From Leptogorgia sarmentosa (lineage: Eukaryota): 64,000 nucleotides of DNA. Shown in pieces: positions 1-12,826 of the stretch; the first letter of the stretch is position 1, and each line of letters starts with the position of its first letter. A program made the translations under genes and the position numbers. Below the pieces are notes generated by a model. It was not told the origin of the DNA and made no database searches. It saw only the letters and a list, made by a program, of their open reading frames with translations. The stretch covers positions 558,001 through 622,000 of the forward strand of contig OZ210884.1 of assembly GCA_964658305.1 (NCBI GenBank). The letters run 5' to 3'.

Positions 1-313
1 TGCTATTGCTCCTGTTCAGATTCGTTTGAAATAAAGGGTTACCCATCATCATGCCCTTGCTCGTATTGTTATCAAAGGTTTACGAAATTGCAGGTGGACA
101 TTGCTCTTGGCACGGTGAATACACATGGTAAATTTGGTGGCAACACCATTCAAATTCGTGGTTCCTGCTCCTCAACATTCTGTCCTGAAATAGAATTCAA
201 AAGCTAATAGAGAAATTATTATCATAAACCCTGTTTCTTTTTAAAAACTTTTTTGCATACTACTAAAATATTACATTTACAGTACATATTAATCTAGCAG
301 TAGTATATAACTA

Positions 314-1139
314 CCGGGTGTCCCAAAAAAAGTACTCCGGTAAAGTCCGGTTTGATTCGTAACAACTTTTGAACGAGTGAAGCTATGAAACAAAAACAAT
401 TCACAGTAGATAGAGGGAAGACTAACTTAGATTTTGATATATTGCATTTGTATTTTAGTTAAAAATTCACGAAGATATTCGTGTTCAAAATCGGTAGCGT
501 ACTTTCGGATGTGTCGAAAATATAGCAAAAACGCGGTATCAAAATTGATCAAGCTTTACTCAACTTGAACACACATTTGGGTGACTTATATTTCCATAAA
601 TTATTACTCAGGTTTGTAAGTCATATAGGTATAGTTTAGAGAATTTTTGAGCATTTGTTAAATATTTTTCCCAAAATGTTGGATGGCCCAGGGGAGTTAT
701 AATTAATTATGTCTTATCCATGGAGTTATGGTTTGATTGTGTTTCATTTCGAGTTTTTTTTAAACATGCCAAGATTAAATAAAGAACAAAGAGTTTGGGT
801 ATGCTTGGAGCATGGAAGATGTGGAATGCAGCAGAAGTTCGAAGACGATGGCCGGATCGTTGGGGTAAAACTCCAGCCCCAACTAAACGAACTATTTGAA
901 TAACGCTTAGTTAATTTAATTGATACGCCATTTTTTGCATATTTTACACACATCCAGAAATATGCTCTTCATTTTGAACATTAATATTTCCGTCAATGAC
1001 AAAGTAAAATACAAGTGTAATATATCAAAATCTAAGTTAGTCTTCCCTCTATCTACTGCGAGTTGGTTTTGTTTAATAGCTTCACTCGTTCAAAAGTTAT
1101 TACGAATCAAACCGGAGCACTTTTTTTTGGGACACCCGG
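314..1139 (+). mobile_element. Non-autonomous Tc1/mariner-type DNA transposon
   Basis: TIRs CCGGGTGTCCCAAAAAAAG / CTTTTTTTTGGGACACCCGG flanked by TA on both sides. An internal remnant MPRLNKEQRVWVCLEH resembles MPRLTIQQRVWVCLQY at ~53810, probably a transposase N-terminus. Confidence 0.8.
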
Positions 1140-1907
1140 TATAAATAGTAAATTGAATGTATACCATTTCCACCCTGTGCATGAATGTCTATATGAACAT
1201 AAAAAAGTTATATGTCAGCATGTTTATAAAAATGTACCTGGTAGACTTATAACATAAAATTTAATGCATGTGTGCGAAGTGCATTTGTGTATTAATGTAG
1301 TATTTAGGTAGTGTCTCAGTTTTGTTGATTGTACATACCCAACACATCATTATTCTTTACATTTGCCACTATATATGCAACGAAAACAAAATAGTATTAG
1401 TTTTTTTACTATTAGTGTTTTACGATAAAACGGGAGAACGTCAAATAATTTGACATTTCTGAAATGAATTTTTATTAATTCAGTAGTATTTTAATTCTCA
1501 ACTTACTTTCTTCCCCAAGAGTCTTGTCGTCTAGATAGGACATAAAACAAAATAGACATAAAACTATCAAAACGGGTTGTACTCGAATTTAAGCAGGTTT
1601 TCATAAACAATTCATACCTTCAATATTCGTTTCTATTTTTCTATATCGAAAAATACATAAAACAAACTTTTAACTTTTAAAAGAGCTAGCTGTAAAGATT
1701 GTTTTCGAGCTCAAAGGACGCAAAACTAAAAGCTTAAATAATTTTTAAAAAACTGAGTAAAACAAAGTAAATTTGAACCAAAATTCAAAGTTTGTTTAGG
1801 CAATTTGCTTAGGCAACAGTGAAATAATAATTTGGAAGAAATATTAAAAAAATAACCATAATTTAATGATACAAATACTTGAACTTACTTCTTCAGCCCG
1901 TCTGAAT

Positions 1908-3648
1908 CACTGAGCTAAAAAATTACTGGAGAGAGTGCACGCCACCACAGAGGATATATTATACAGAGATATAACTAATGTAAATCAATATGAAAAAACT
2001 CGCATTTTCACGTACCCACTTTTTTTTCAATGCGATCGGCAAAAAATGATCAACTGCGCATGCTTGGCAAGTTTAAATTTAGTCGTTATCAGGTCGTCAT
2101 CCAATCAGATGCACGCATCTAGTAACTTGCCGAAAATGCGCACAAAAATAGTGGGTACAACAGTTACAACTCTGTATGTATATACTCTGTGACGCCACCA
2201 AAAGGTGAACCCAAAATAATGGCGGATTTTTCCTTTTTCTGACGCCAGATCCACGCCATATTGCCATATGGTTCCTCCGGCTCATGGTATTGCCGCTGAT
2301 CTGGCTCATTTTTTCACAGGCTCAACATTCACACCCCCCTTGCTGTGCCCCTTGTTTTTTCGAAATTTTTTTTTGTTTTTTTTAGTTTTTAGCATTTTTA
2401 GTGTAAGGTCTTCGTTGTTTTTTTATTTTTTACACCTGTGACACCTCTATTCAGTGATGTCGAGTTGTATTCGTGATTCTCATCCGTGAAAAACAACAAA
2501 CCAAGGACAGAAGATGTAGAAAGTTGAACTGTAGATGATGTTTTGAACTTGTACTACCCCACAGGCCACAGCTGACAGGTAAATATGGCATGAATTTTTT
2601 GATGTTGTTTTATTATTTGGCCCGCGAGAGATGTTGGAATGGGTCTACAAGAGAGCAGGCTCTTATGTATTTTTATTTTAGTTCACAATGTGTAGTTTTA
2701 TCGAAAAAAAGTACAGAAACTTCGGAGGTTTGTTTTGTGTACAAAATGATGTGTTCAAAGGTGTAAAAACATGAAAGTGATGAAACTACAATACTAAAGA
2801 CTAAAATTTATTGGTGTACTGGACGTACAAATAAAATTATGTAGAAAATTCATTTTAGAATGGAGTATGCAAGCAAGTTATTGTGTCATTGTAGCCAGAT
2901 TTGTATGATTTTGCTTTGGATCCATGCCTTGATGCATATGGAGTATCATCCCTGCAAAATAAACACATGTATGATAGCACTACAAGCTCACAATTATGTA
3001 CCAAATGATTACTGTAAAAAATACGTTTTTAGTTCACGGTCTTTGTATTTTTAACTATCTTGTAATGGAATTATCAAATAAAGTTTGGACCAGAGGACCT
3101 TTGCAGTAAAAAGTACACCATAAATTATTAAGAATGAGTCTAAAGGACAACTTGTTTTATAAAAATTACGGAATACAGGCCGCTACATAACTGATTCAAG
3201 CTGTAAAACCTGTAATAATTGTGTTTCTTGGGGTAATTTCTGACATATTTTAATAACATTTTGACGAAAAAAGTGGGGGGTTTTGTATGACAAGTCACCA
3301 TGCTAAAAAGTAGAAAGAAAGCATCATAATAAAATTTTTAAGTACCGTACCTGCAAGAAAAGGTTCTTTACTTCAAAGTGAATAATTTTCCACGTAAAGA
3401 GCAGAACAAAAAGTCGGTTTTTGCTCGATTTTCAAGAAAGAAAATCAGACAAAAATAATTTTTGCAGTAAAACTGTCGGTGTGTGGGATTTTATTTCAAT
3501 TTAGCATCGCGGTTGGTCAGTGGCAAATACCATGAGCCGGAGGAACCATGTGGCGTCAGCAAAGCCCGAAATCCGCCATTATTTCGGCTTCACTCTTTTA
3601 TACGAAAAATGATGCGAGCACTTCCTCCAGTAATTCTTTAGCTCAGTG
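1908..3648. mobile_element. Non-autonomous TIR DNA transposon with 8-bp TSD (superfamily uncertain)
   Basis: TIR CACTGAGCTAAA..AATTACTGGA and 8-bp TSD GTCTGAAT (1900-1907 and 3649-3656). A second copy lies at ~25294-28090 and an end fragment at ~7757. Confidence 0.75.
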
Positions 3649-3678
3649 GTCTGAATTGAATGCAGAATTTTTTTCCCG

Positions 3679-3965
3679 GGTCGGTACTAGATCATGGTGA
3701 CCTTACGCACACATCTGCGTCTGCTGTACATTCACGTCAGCGGTGATAGAAATTTCTTTTGGCGTATTCACAAAATAAGCCAGTCCCAAACCATAAATCT
3801 GACCCTAACCTTTGGTTATGATTTGGGACTGGTGGTTAGGGTCAGATTTATGGTTTGGGACTGGTTTATTTTGTGAATACGCCAATAGAAATTTCTATCA
3901 CCGCTGACGTGAATGTACAGCAGTCGCGGATTTGTTCGTAAGGTCACCATGATCTAGTGCCGACC
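3679..3965. mobile_element. Foldback MITE, Mutator-like
   Basis: ~130-bp near-perfect inverted arms (GGTCGGTACTAGATC... / ...GATCTAGTGCCGACC) and 9-bp TSD TTTTTCCCG. Confidence 0.8.
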
Positions 3966-4328
3966 TTTTTCCCGCCATTCGGATGTTTTAATTTTGCGTG
4001 GGGTCTCGCGTGTAGTTCTTGGAGCAAACGGGACATTTCCACTGAGCTATATAAAATTTCGTTTTAAAACGCCACTTTCACGTCGTGGATTGAACAATTC
4101 TGTAAGTGAGAAACTGCAATACTGTTAGTCATATTGTCGCATTATTTGACCCAATGTTACTCACATTGGGTCAAGTAATGCGACAACAATACAATTGTCC
4201 TGACAAAAAACAACTTTAATACCCTTGAGTAACTTACTGCATCTATTGGAATGATGAATACTATTTAATAATTTTATATTTTATTAATTCTTTAACAAAT
4301 ATAAGACATGTTATTTTTTTCTGGGCTA

Positions 4329-4696
4329 GATTATAGAATACCCGTCCACTTTTGAAACTATGACTTTATGAAATATGACTATACCATAGGCGGCCCAGGG
4401 ATTTGGGGTTTTATTTATGTTAACTAAGGTTGAAACTATTAATTACATACGCGAGTGACCGTATGGTCGGCGCACGCATATAAACAACTAAGGATGATGA
4501 ATTAGCCTTATTCAACCTTAGTTAACATAAATAAAACTCCAAATCCCTGGGCTGCCTATGACTATACCGGCTATACCTTGCCCAGGAACTTTCAGCTTGC
4601 TCGGACTTACTATATATTACGTCATTATTCTCACTTCGTATCATCGTATCATGATAACAAGTCATAGTTTCAAAAGTGGACGGGTATTCTATAATC
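4329..4696. mobile_element. Palindromic MITE
   Basis: Inverted ends ATAGAATACCCGTCCACTTTTGAAACTATGACTT / AAGTCATAGTTTCAAAAGTGGACGGGTATTCTAT, plus internal inverted segments. Confidence 0.65.
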
Positions 4697-6720
4697 GCTC
4701 CCGAATTCAGTTGGTTCCGGCCACTTTGTGGCACCACAGGCAAAGTCCAAAGATCAGGTTCACTGGGTGGAGTTCAGCTCAGCGTGTCGAAATTATAGGG
4801 AAATTGAAATTTACTCCTTCATATGGAAATTTCGAAATAGCATACATGGAGCGAAAATTGAAAAAATAAATTAGACTTCTTTTCTTTTAGACGTATAATT
4901 ACGATACAAGAATTACGAACATTAGCCAAGGGACAGTATACATACACGAAAACAAACACAACAGGGCCTTTCATGACAAGAATGAGAATAGTATGATGTG
5001 AAAATGCAGACGAAATTCCGAGTTTTGAGTGGAAGCACTTATTTGAAATTTGAAAATTAATGAATGTAAATTTTGACCGGCGAGATTAGAAGTGTCAAAA
5101 TAAAGTCGAAAATGAATTAGATTGTATTTTGAGTTTTAAAACATTCGAGGACTTCATTACAGGGACTGAAAGCAGTACAAACTTCAACAAAGTAATTCAT
5201 TGCAAAGGTATGTTATACAATACAAATTCAGCCTTTTTATGTACTCAAATATCCATTTCCATTCGACATATCGTATTTGTTAGCAAGGGTATTTTACTAT
5301 TTTATCACGAGTCTATCCCGTTCGTAAACGGAAAACAAGATTATTTTGAAGTACAAGGATAACTACATGCATTGCTTGTGACAATCACTTTTAAGTATGC
5401 ATACAAATTCAAAGGCGTCGTGTCATTACTCTGTGAATGTCTCGCAAAATATGAATTGTCGTTAGGTCCCGTACTATGTCATTAAATCGACAAGCCAAGG
5501 TATTCCACTAAATCACCCCAGGGGCCGGATGTCCATAGTCTGTAAACGGCGGATGGGTAAATCTTGGGATGAGTCCAGGGTAGCAAGCAAGTCTACAATT
5601 TGTATGCTTTGAACAACCGAAATAAGGATCGAACTACCTGTATACTCATTGTTGATTTACAGGATTCATGTTTATTTATAGAATACACCAGCAACTGTGC
5701 TTAGCCCTAAGCGTAATGCTGGCCCTAAGACAATACGATACCTAATTAACATTTCATGGTATTCTATAGTTTACAGTAGTTATTCACTAAATGAGAGTGT
5801 AATTTGAATTTCACCTGAAAAAGAGGTTTTTGAGTTAAATAGGTGAAAACAACAAGAGCTGGTTGTTTGAAAGTCGGATAACTTTATCCATTAAAGAAAT
5901 TGCAGATATGGGCCTGGTAATTGATAAAAGAAAGTTAAACTTTTAAGTGTCAAAGTTTAAGCTAAATCAGATCGATCAACAGGAAGCTTGAAAAAATCGC
6001 TATCCAATGGATAACACTATCAAACTTCAAACAACCGGCCCCAGACCCCTGGACAGGTTTTTCATAGCCCTTTTAGCCTAAACAGTGAAGTTAAGTCAAA
6101 TTTAAATCACTCATTGTGGTTGCTCAATGAATGCATATACTATGTAGCTGGATATTCCAGATTTAAACAGGCTTTGAACTACCAACACCCCTCTGAACAC
6201 ATGATAAACAAGATACCTACTCAAGCATTCGGTAAGGGTGGAAAGTGTATTGGACCATTGAACCATTGGTCCCTTGATGAACATTTGAACAAATAAAACA
6301 AGCTAACTACATATCAGAATATTAGCCATATGGCTTACATATTTACCCTCAACATATTAATCCTCCTGATTAGGAGGATTACTTTAGCCTCTTGTTTGGA
6401 CTTTGGACATTAATAACCTGATATTTAAAATGTTTCATGTTTGCATAAAGCAATGCATTCATAAAAATTAATTAATGTGTATTATTATTCAGTTTATTAT
6501 TTACACAATTTTGACTGGTTAATTTACCTGCAAATATCGCTTCCTTCGGTAGCAAATAATTGGTGCAAGCCATTGAGCATGCGCATTTAGTTCAAAACTC
6601 GGTCAGCTTCAAATAATATAGTTTGCGCATTCGCAGATGACTTCATATGTTTGCGTCCGATTACTGGGTTAGATAAACATGGCTCGTTTTGCAGAATGTC
6701 TTACGAATGAGTTCTCTTTT

Positions 6721-7316
6721 CAAGCGCGGATCCAGACCGTGGCGAAAGTGGCTCGAACCACGGTCAGATTTTTCTTACTCAGGATTTCTCTTACTTAACC
6801 TTTTTTTATATTAGGATAAATATTTTACGCGATTCTAATAAGTCTATGTTAATTATTTGACATCAGCAAAAATAGGTCTATCGCAAGTATTGCAAACGAA
6901 ATATTTCCTAATAATTCTCATGGATTCGTCATTCGTGCTCACAAGAAGGAAAAATGTTTGAAATATTTCCTTCTTCAATAGTATAATCATCCAGTTAAGC
7001 GCTGAACTGTCAAAGTATGCGAAAACGTGCTGAATAGTCCTAAATTCGAAGCTGCGATCACTGCAGTCATAGATTGCCACGGTCAGCGGGCATGAAATTG
7101 CGCAATTGTTGCTAAATATAGTAACGTTCTGTCACGGTGCAGCGTTGCAAACCAATCACAGGGCTAGCTGTAGTCATGTGAGCACAGTGAGCCACTGTGG
7201 CATACATAGCATACATAGCCCGTCAGGGCAACATGGATACAATACTACGTGCCCCCGAACCCCCCTAATTTTCCGAGTTTGAGCCACGATCAGATTTTAG
7301 GCTGGATCCGCGCCTA
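6721..7316. mobile_element. hAT-like MITE
   Basis: Imperfect TIRs CAAGCGCGGATCCAG / CTGGATCCGCGCCTA. TSD is degenerate. Confidence 0.5.
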
Positions 7317-8059
7317 CTCTTCCACACGAAAAAGACGCCGAAAACACCAAGAAAGCAGCCAAATCTGCTTTTCAAGACTATTTATAATTCAAACGAACGA
7401 AATTTGGAGCTAAACGACTTATATTGGCGTCCAAAAGTAAACTTTGCCGTGGTCGGGAAATTTTACGCCGAAGCGAGTGACAAAAGATCGTAAGTAATAA
7501 ACTGAATAATAAAACAATTATTGAATTAATAATATCTTATTGATATTATTGGCACTGATGAAGACTCGGGGTAATAAAATTACGTGGTGTAAACTATAAA
7601 CTTTGTAAATATAAAACTGGTTCATAGCTACGTAATACTATATTAATGTAATATTAAGATTTCTGACGTCATGGTACGTTAGCTCTCTATGATCTAACCG
7701 AAACTCGACTTTGCATGTAAATTCGTCAAGATTTTCCCACTCAAATGGGTTGTACCACTGAGCTATAAAGATTACTGGAGGAAGCGCACGCGGAAAAAGA
7801 GTGAAGCCAAAAACATGGCGGCTTTCAAGCCGTTACCATGATAGCAAATACTCCGTCCTCGGGAGTTACTTCATGTGACCCCATATTGTAATGTATGACG
7901 CGCGTGTGGGTTTGTATTAGGCCTAGGGTTAGATTTAAGATTAGGGCTAGGGTTTGGGTTAGAAACGGTGTTAGGTTACGATTTGGGGACGCGGTAAAGT
8001 TTGGAATAGTGGCGCAATTAGTGTCAAAATTTACCGTGGGGTCACATGAAGTACATACC

Positions 8060-9355
8060 AGTAGTAATATAGGTACTGATCGACCTTTTTTTAGGGGTGC
8101 GCAGGGGAGCGCATGCGTATTGAGGCTGTGAACTCATTAGAATATCGTGTTCTGATTGGTCGAACAGCGTGACGACCACATACGTATTGGGATACGTGTC
8201 TTGTATTGTCATTCTGCATACTAATTACTCGTTAACGTTTTGTATCGTGCTTTGATTGTTTGAACAGCGCCGCTCGTCTAGACGCTCGATACGTATCTGG
8301 TAATGAATGCTAGGTGAATTGATACTATCACACCACAAAGTATTAAGTACAAATTTTATTGATCTATTAAAAGATTTTTCACACATGTTAGTATGGTCTA
8401 TTTCTTAGGCTGTATCTATGTATTTTTCGTTATTAAACTTTGCCAGGTCTATTTTTATCTTGAATTAAAATATGATCAGCGTATGTACCAGTGTTTTATC
8501 CGACGCTTGACTGTTGGTGGCGGTGTTAAATAATGAGACATGGGTGAATGTCTCTCGCTTGCTTCATTTGAAACAGAAACCACCTCTTCGCTTTTGTCAA
8601 CAGGTTGTACTGTAACGGCTGAGTCACCGTCCTCGACATCCGACTCATTTCTGTACCATGAGTATTGTCTGTGTGGTTGATTACTCTCACCTGAGTCACT
8701 ATCTATGTCAGCATCATCAGCATGACTGTACCGTTGATAAGAACGTTGTTTCTTCGAAACCTTTTTAATCTAATTTGTCTTGCCAAAATTGATATTTGCT
8801 GCTTATCGCGAGGTGACTTGAAGAGTATTATATAATGTGTATTGAGACTGATGTCTCTTGTTTCTCTTCCTTGATGAAATATATTCTGGACAATGTAGAT
8901 AACCGATAAATCTTTGTGATGGCTACCCTTGGTAAATAAGTCTGCTATGCGCCTGTCTCTTCCTGATTTAGGCCATTAGGTCATCAAGGACAATTAGGTT
9001 ACGTTTGTTAACATCAAAAAAGTGCTGAGAATCAATTTCAGAAGGTATACCTTCATAAAATTCAATATCTGGTAAAGTGTTTATCATCTCTACATACATG
9101 GGTTGCCATTGCCCATAACACCAGATAATACGTTCTGGAGGAGGGCTTATTGTTTTCTGGGCATTTTCCAGAAGAGATTTTACCCGGATCAGCGGTATTG
9201 CATCACCCTTTCACATGCGTAGTCGCGGGTTGTACGCATAGTGGTATGACAGTGTGGGTAAAATCTCTTCTGGGAAATGCCCAGAAAACAATAAGCCCTC
9301 CTCCAGAACGTATTATCTGGTGTTATGGGCAATGGCAACCCATGTATGTAGAGAT
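8060..9355 (-). mobile_element. Polinton/Maverick-derived fragment (inverted right end plus ATPase remnant)
   Basis: Starts AGTAGTAATATAGG. It is the reverse complement of 10860-12210 plus 14837-15175, with internal deletions, and ends in a 100-bp foldback. Confidence 0.75.
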
Positions 9356-9744
9356 CCCTCCTCTGTTTTAGCCGTCGCCCCTTTCCGTCGCGTTGCCAAA
9401 CTCTCTAATAATATATTGAATTTATATTGCGCATGTTAGCATCGAAGTATGTTGGCATGCGCATGTGAACATATACCAAATTGGGGGGGGGAGGGGGGGC
9501 GGCGCATATTCATGTATTTCTGTTTTATCCGGCGTTTTCGTTTTGAAATCGATTAGTAATAATATAGGTACCGATCGACCCCCTTTTTTGAGGCTGCGTG
9601 AGGCTGTATGAGGTGGTGTGAGGTTGCGTGAGGCTGCGTGAGGTGGTGCAAGGTGGCGCATGCGTATTGAGGCTATGAACTCATTAGAATATCGTGCTCT
9701 GATTGGTTGAACTCGTCTTTACAATTCGGATACGTATCGGTATC

Positions 9745-10040
9745 ATTGGGATATCATTCGATATCATTTGGGATATCATTCGATATCATTTCAATATCAT
9801 TCGATATCATTTGGGATATCATTTCGATATCATTCGATATCATTTTGGATATCATTCGATATCATTTCGATATCATTCGATATCATTTCGATATCATTCG
9901 ATATCATTTCGATATCATTCGATATCATTTCGATATCATTCGATATCATTTGGGATATCATTCGATATCATTTGGGATATCATTCGATATCATTTCGATA
10001 TCATTTCGATATCATTTGGGATATCATTCGATATCATTCG
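9745..10040. repeat. Tandem array of 10-12-bp GATATCATT(T)(C/GG) units
   Basis: Directly visible, about 25-30 GATATC cores. A short version recurs at ~48458-48495. Confidence 0.95.
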
Positions 10041-10100
10041 GTAAAACATAAATATAAGGAGTTGGGGAGTTTAGCATCATTTTAGACTTGACCGTGAACC

Positions 10101-11477
10101 ATGGCGTATCTCTGTCAGATTTGTGGGAAATCATTTTCTACAGCTGGTAACAAGTCGCGACATAACAAGGTACATGCTATTAACATAGAAAGCGAAAACG
10201 TGATTATTATATGGACAGCGGTATTTTATTGGGAACTAAAACACTCGTAGAACTCATACGCCACTACATCCGGGATACGGTGCGCGTATTTTCCGTATGT
10301 CACGCTTGAGGGGTGACATAACCTTCCCGCCTTTTTCGCTGTTTACAAATGGCTTCTACTTCAAGGTTTGTGAATTGAAGCGAAGACGATATTAGTACGT
10401 TTTGCGACGAACAATAAAGCTACAATACTACAATAAACTACAATAAAGCGGTATTTTATAATCTATATTTACTAAAGGCTAATTTTAAAGCCATTAATTG
10501 TCGTGTTTTAGACTGCATGTTTTCATTAAAAGGGTAGTTGTTGTGTATTTGTGTCACTCTGAATAAGTCCATATAATAAACAGAACATTACACGGTTCGC
10601 TCGAAGATATGGATTTTATGTTCTCGTGGCAAGAACAATATCTCACTCGTTCGCTGCGCTCACTCGTAAGATATTGTTCTTGCCACTCGAACATAAAATC
10701 CATATCTTCTCGCAACCGTGTAATATCCTATATTTATGCAGCGTCACAATCTACAAGATCATGGTGCCAAATCCGTTTCTTCAACTAACGGATCAGCGGT
10801 ATTGCATCACCCTTTCACATGCATAGTCGCGGGTTGTACGCAAAGTGGTAAGACAGTGTGGGTAAAATCTCTTCTGGAAAATGCCCAGAAAACAATAAGC
10901 CCTCCTCCAGAACGTATTATCTGGTGTTGTGTTCAATGGCAACCCATGTATGTAGAGATGATAAACACTTCACCGGGTATTGAATTTTACGAAGGTAACC
11001 TTCTGAAATCGATTCTCAGCACTTTTTTGATGTTAACAAACGTAACCTATAATTGTCCTTGATGACCTTATGGCCCAATCAGGAAGAGACAGGCGCATAG
11101 CAGACTTATTTACCAAGGGTAGCCATCAGAAAAATTTATCGGTTATCTACATTGTCCAGAATATATTTCATCAAGGAAGAGAAACAAGAGACATCAGTCT
11201 CAATACGCATTATATAATTCTCCTCAAGTCACCTCGCGATAAGCAGCAAATATCAATGTTGGCAAGACAAATTAGACCTGGTCGTGTTCAAGAATTTATG
11301 AACACCTATGAAGAAGCTACAAGTCGTCCCCATGGATATCTCATGCTAGATCTGAAACCAGCTACCCACGACGATCATCGATTCAAAACAAATGTATTCC
11401 CGAGGGCTGATGGTGGCATACAGCAACAACTTAGTGGCTATATCAGAAAGGAAACTTATCGACAACCCTATACTTAG
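10101..11477 (+). pseudogene. Disrupted C2H2 zinc finger-Polinton packaging ATPase (FtsK/A32-like)
   Basis: ATG 10101 gives MAYLCQICGKSFSTAGNKSRHNKVH. After the 10208-10737 insertion come HPFTCIVAGCTQSGKT (Walker A), IVLDDLM (Walker B, across frameshifts), FTKGSH..NLSVIYIVQNIF and HGYLMLDL. Frameshifts at ~10997 and ~11049 are absent in the 8060-9185 copy. Confidence 0.8.
10208..10737. mobile_element. Non-autonomous element with terminal hairpin (Crypton-like?), including one TTAT copy
   Basis: Near-identical copy at ~53197-53645. TTAT is duplicated at 10204-10207 and 10734-10737. Confidence 0.7.
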
Positions 11478-12259
11478 CGCTATGTATAACACAGAACAAG
11501 AAATGGAAACTCACCGTCGATGACTCCCGATGAAAAAAGTGCAATTTATGCCAACGAATACCATAGATTTCAGACATTTCAAAGCCAATTACAAAATAAG
11601 TTTCAGAATCGTCTTGAAAACCAGTTGATAAAATTATTGAAGCAATTCACTAAGAATATTAAAAAGGTTTCGAAGAAACAACGTTTTTATCAACGGTACA
11701 GTCATGCTGATGATGCTGACATAGAGGATAGTGACTCTGGTGAGAGTAATCAACCACAAAGACAAAACTTGTGGTACAGAAATGAGTCGGATGCCGAGGA
11801 CGATGACTCAGACGTTACAGTACAACCTGCGGGCAAAAGCGAAGAGGTGGTTTCTGATTCAGATGAAGAAAACGAGAGACATTCACCCATGTCTCATTAT
11901 TAAACACCGCCACCAACAGTCAAGCGTCGGATAAAACACTGGTACACTGGTGACACAGATAATGAGGATAATAGTCCAGATCACACAAATAGCGAGGATA
12001 ATAGCACAGATCCGTCAGATAACGAAGACGACGAATCTGATGGTGCCAATGTATAAGAAGCTGAATCTGACGATGGGGACAGAGAGTTGACTGAAGAAGA
12101 AGTGCGAAATTACACACCCAACGCTGATCATATTTTATTTCGAGATAAAAATAGACCTCGCAAAGTTTATGAACGAAAAATACATAGATACAGCCTAAGA
12201 GATAGACCATACACTGCAAAAAATCCCTGAGTATTTTGACTCAAATTTCTGAGTAAAAC

Positions 12260-12826
12260 GATGCACCCACAGTGACCCAAATTGTTGAGTAAAATTTACT
12301 CAAAATAAGAGTACTTTTACTCAAAATGTTGAGTAAAATTGACTCAAGTAAGATGCACCCACAGTGACTCAACATCTTGAGTAAAACTACAATTTACTCA
12401 AATTTATGAGTAATTTTACTCAAAATGTTGAGTGAGATTGACTCACGCAAAATGCACCCACAGTGACTCAACATCCTGAGTAAAATGAAAATTGACTCAA
12501 ATTTATGAGTAATTCTCACTCATAATGTTGAGTAAAATTGACTCACGCAAAATGCACCCACAGTGACTCAACATCCTGAGTAAAATGAAAATTTACTCAA
12601 ATTTATGAGTAATTCTCACTCAAAATGTTGAGTAAAATTGACTCACGCAAAATGCACCCACAGTGACTCAACATCCTGAGTAAAATGAAAATTGACTCAA
12701 ATTTATGAGTAATTCTGACTCATAATGTTGAGTAAAATTGACTCACGCAAAATGCACCAACAGTGACTCAACATCCTGAGTAAAATGAAAATTGACTCAA
12801 ATTTATGGGTAATTCTGACTCATAAT
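12260..12826. repeat. 100-bp-period tandem repeat (CACTA subterminal)
   Basis: AATGCACC recurs at 12451, 12551, 12651 and 12751, with degenerate units upstream. Confidence 0.9.

Noticed and set aside
1..195. Possible minus-strand exon at the window edge
   Set aside because: An acceptor-like site is present, but all frames from it close and no protein is recognisable.
4030..4107. TATATAAAA plus donor GTAAGT as a non-coding first exon of paralog 1
   Set aside because: Plausible but unsupported without transcript data; it is 11 kb from the ATG.
6201..6231. Alternative first coding exon for paralog 1 (also 16356-16389)
   Set aside because: Phase fits, but 15529-15586 matches paralog 2 exon 1 in size and sequence (YYxW..S.S).
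9703..10085. Three overlapping ORFs rich in DII/RYH/ISF
   Set aside because: Translation artefacts of the GATATCATT array.
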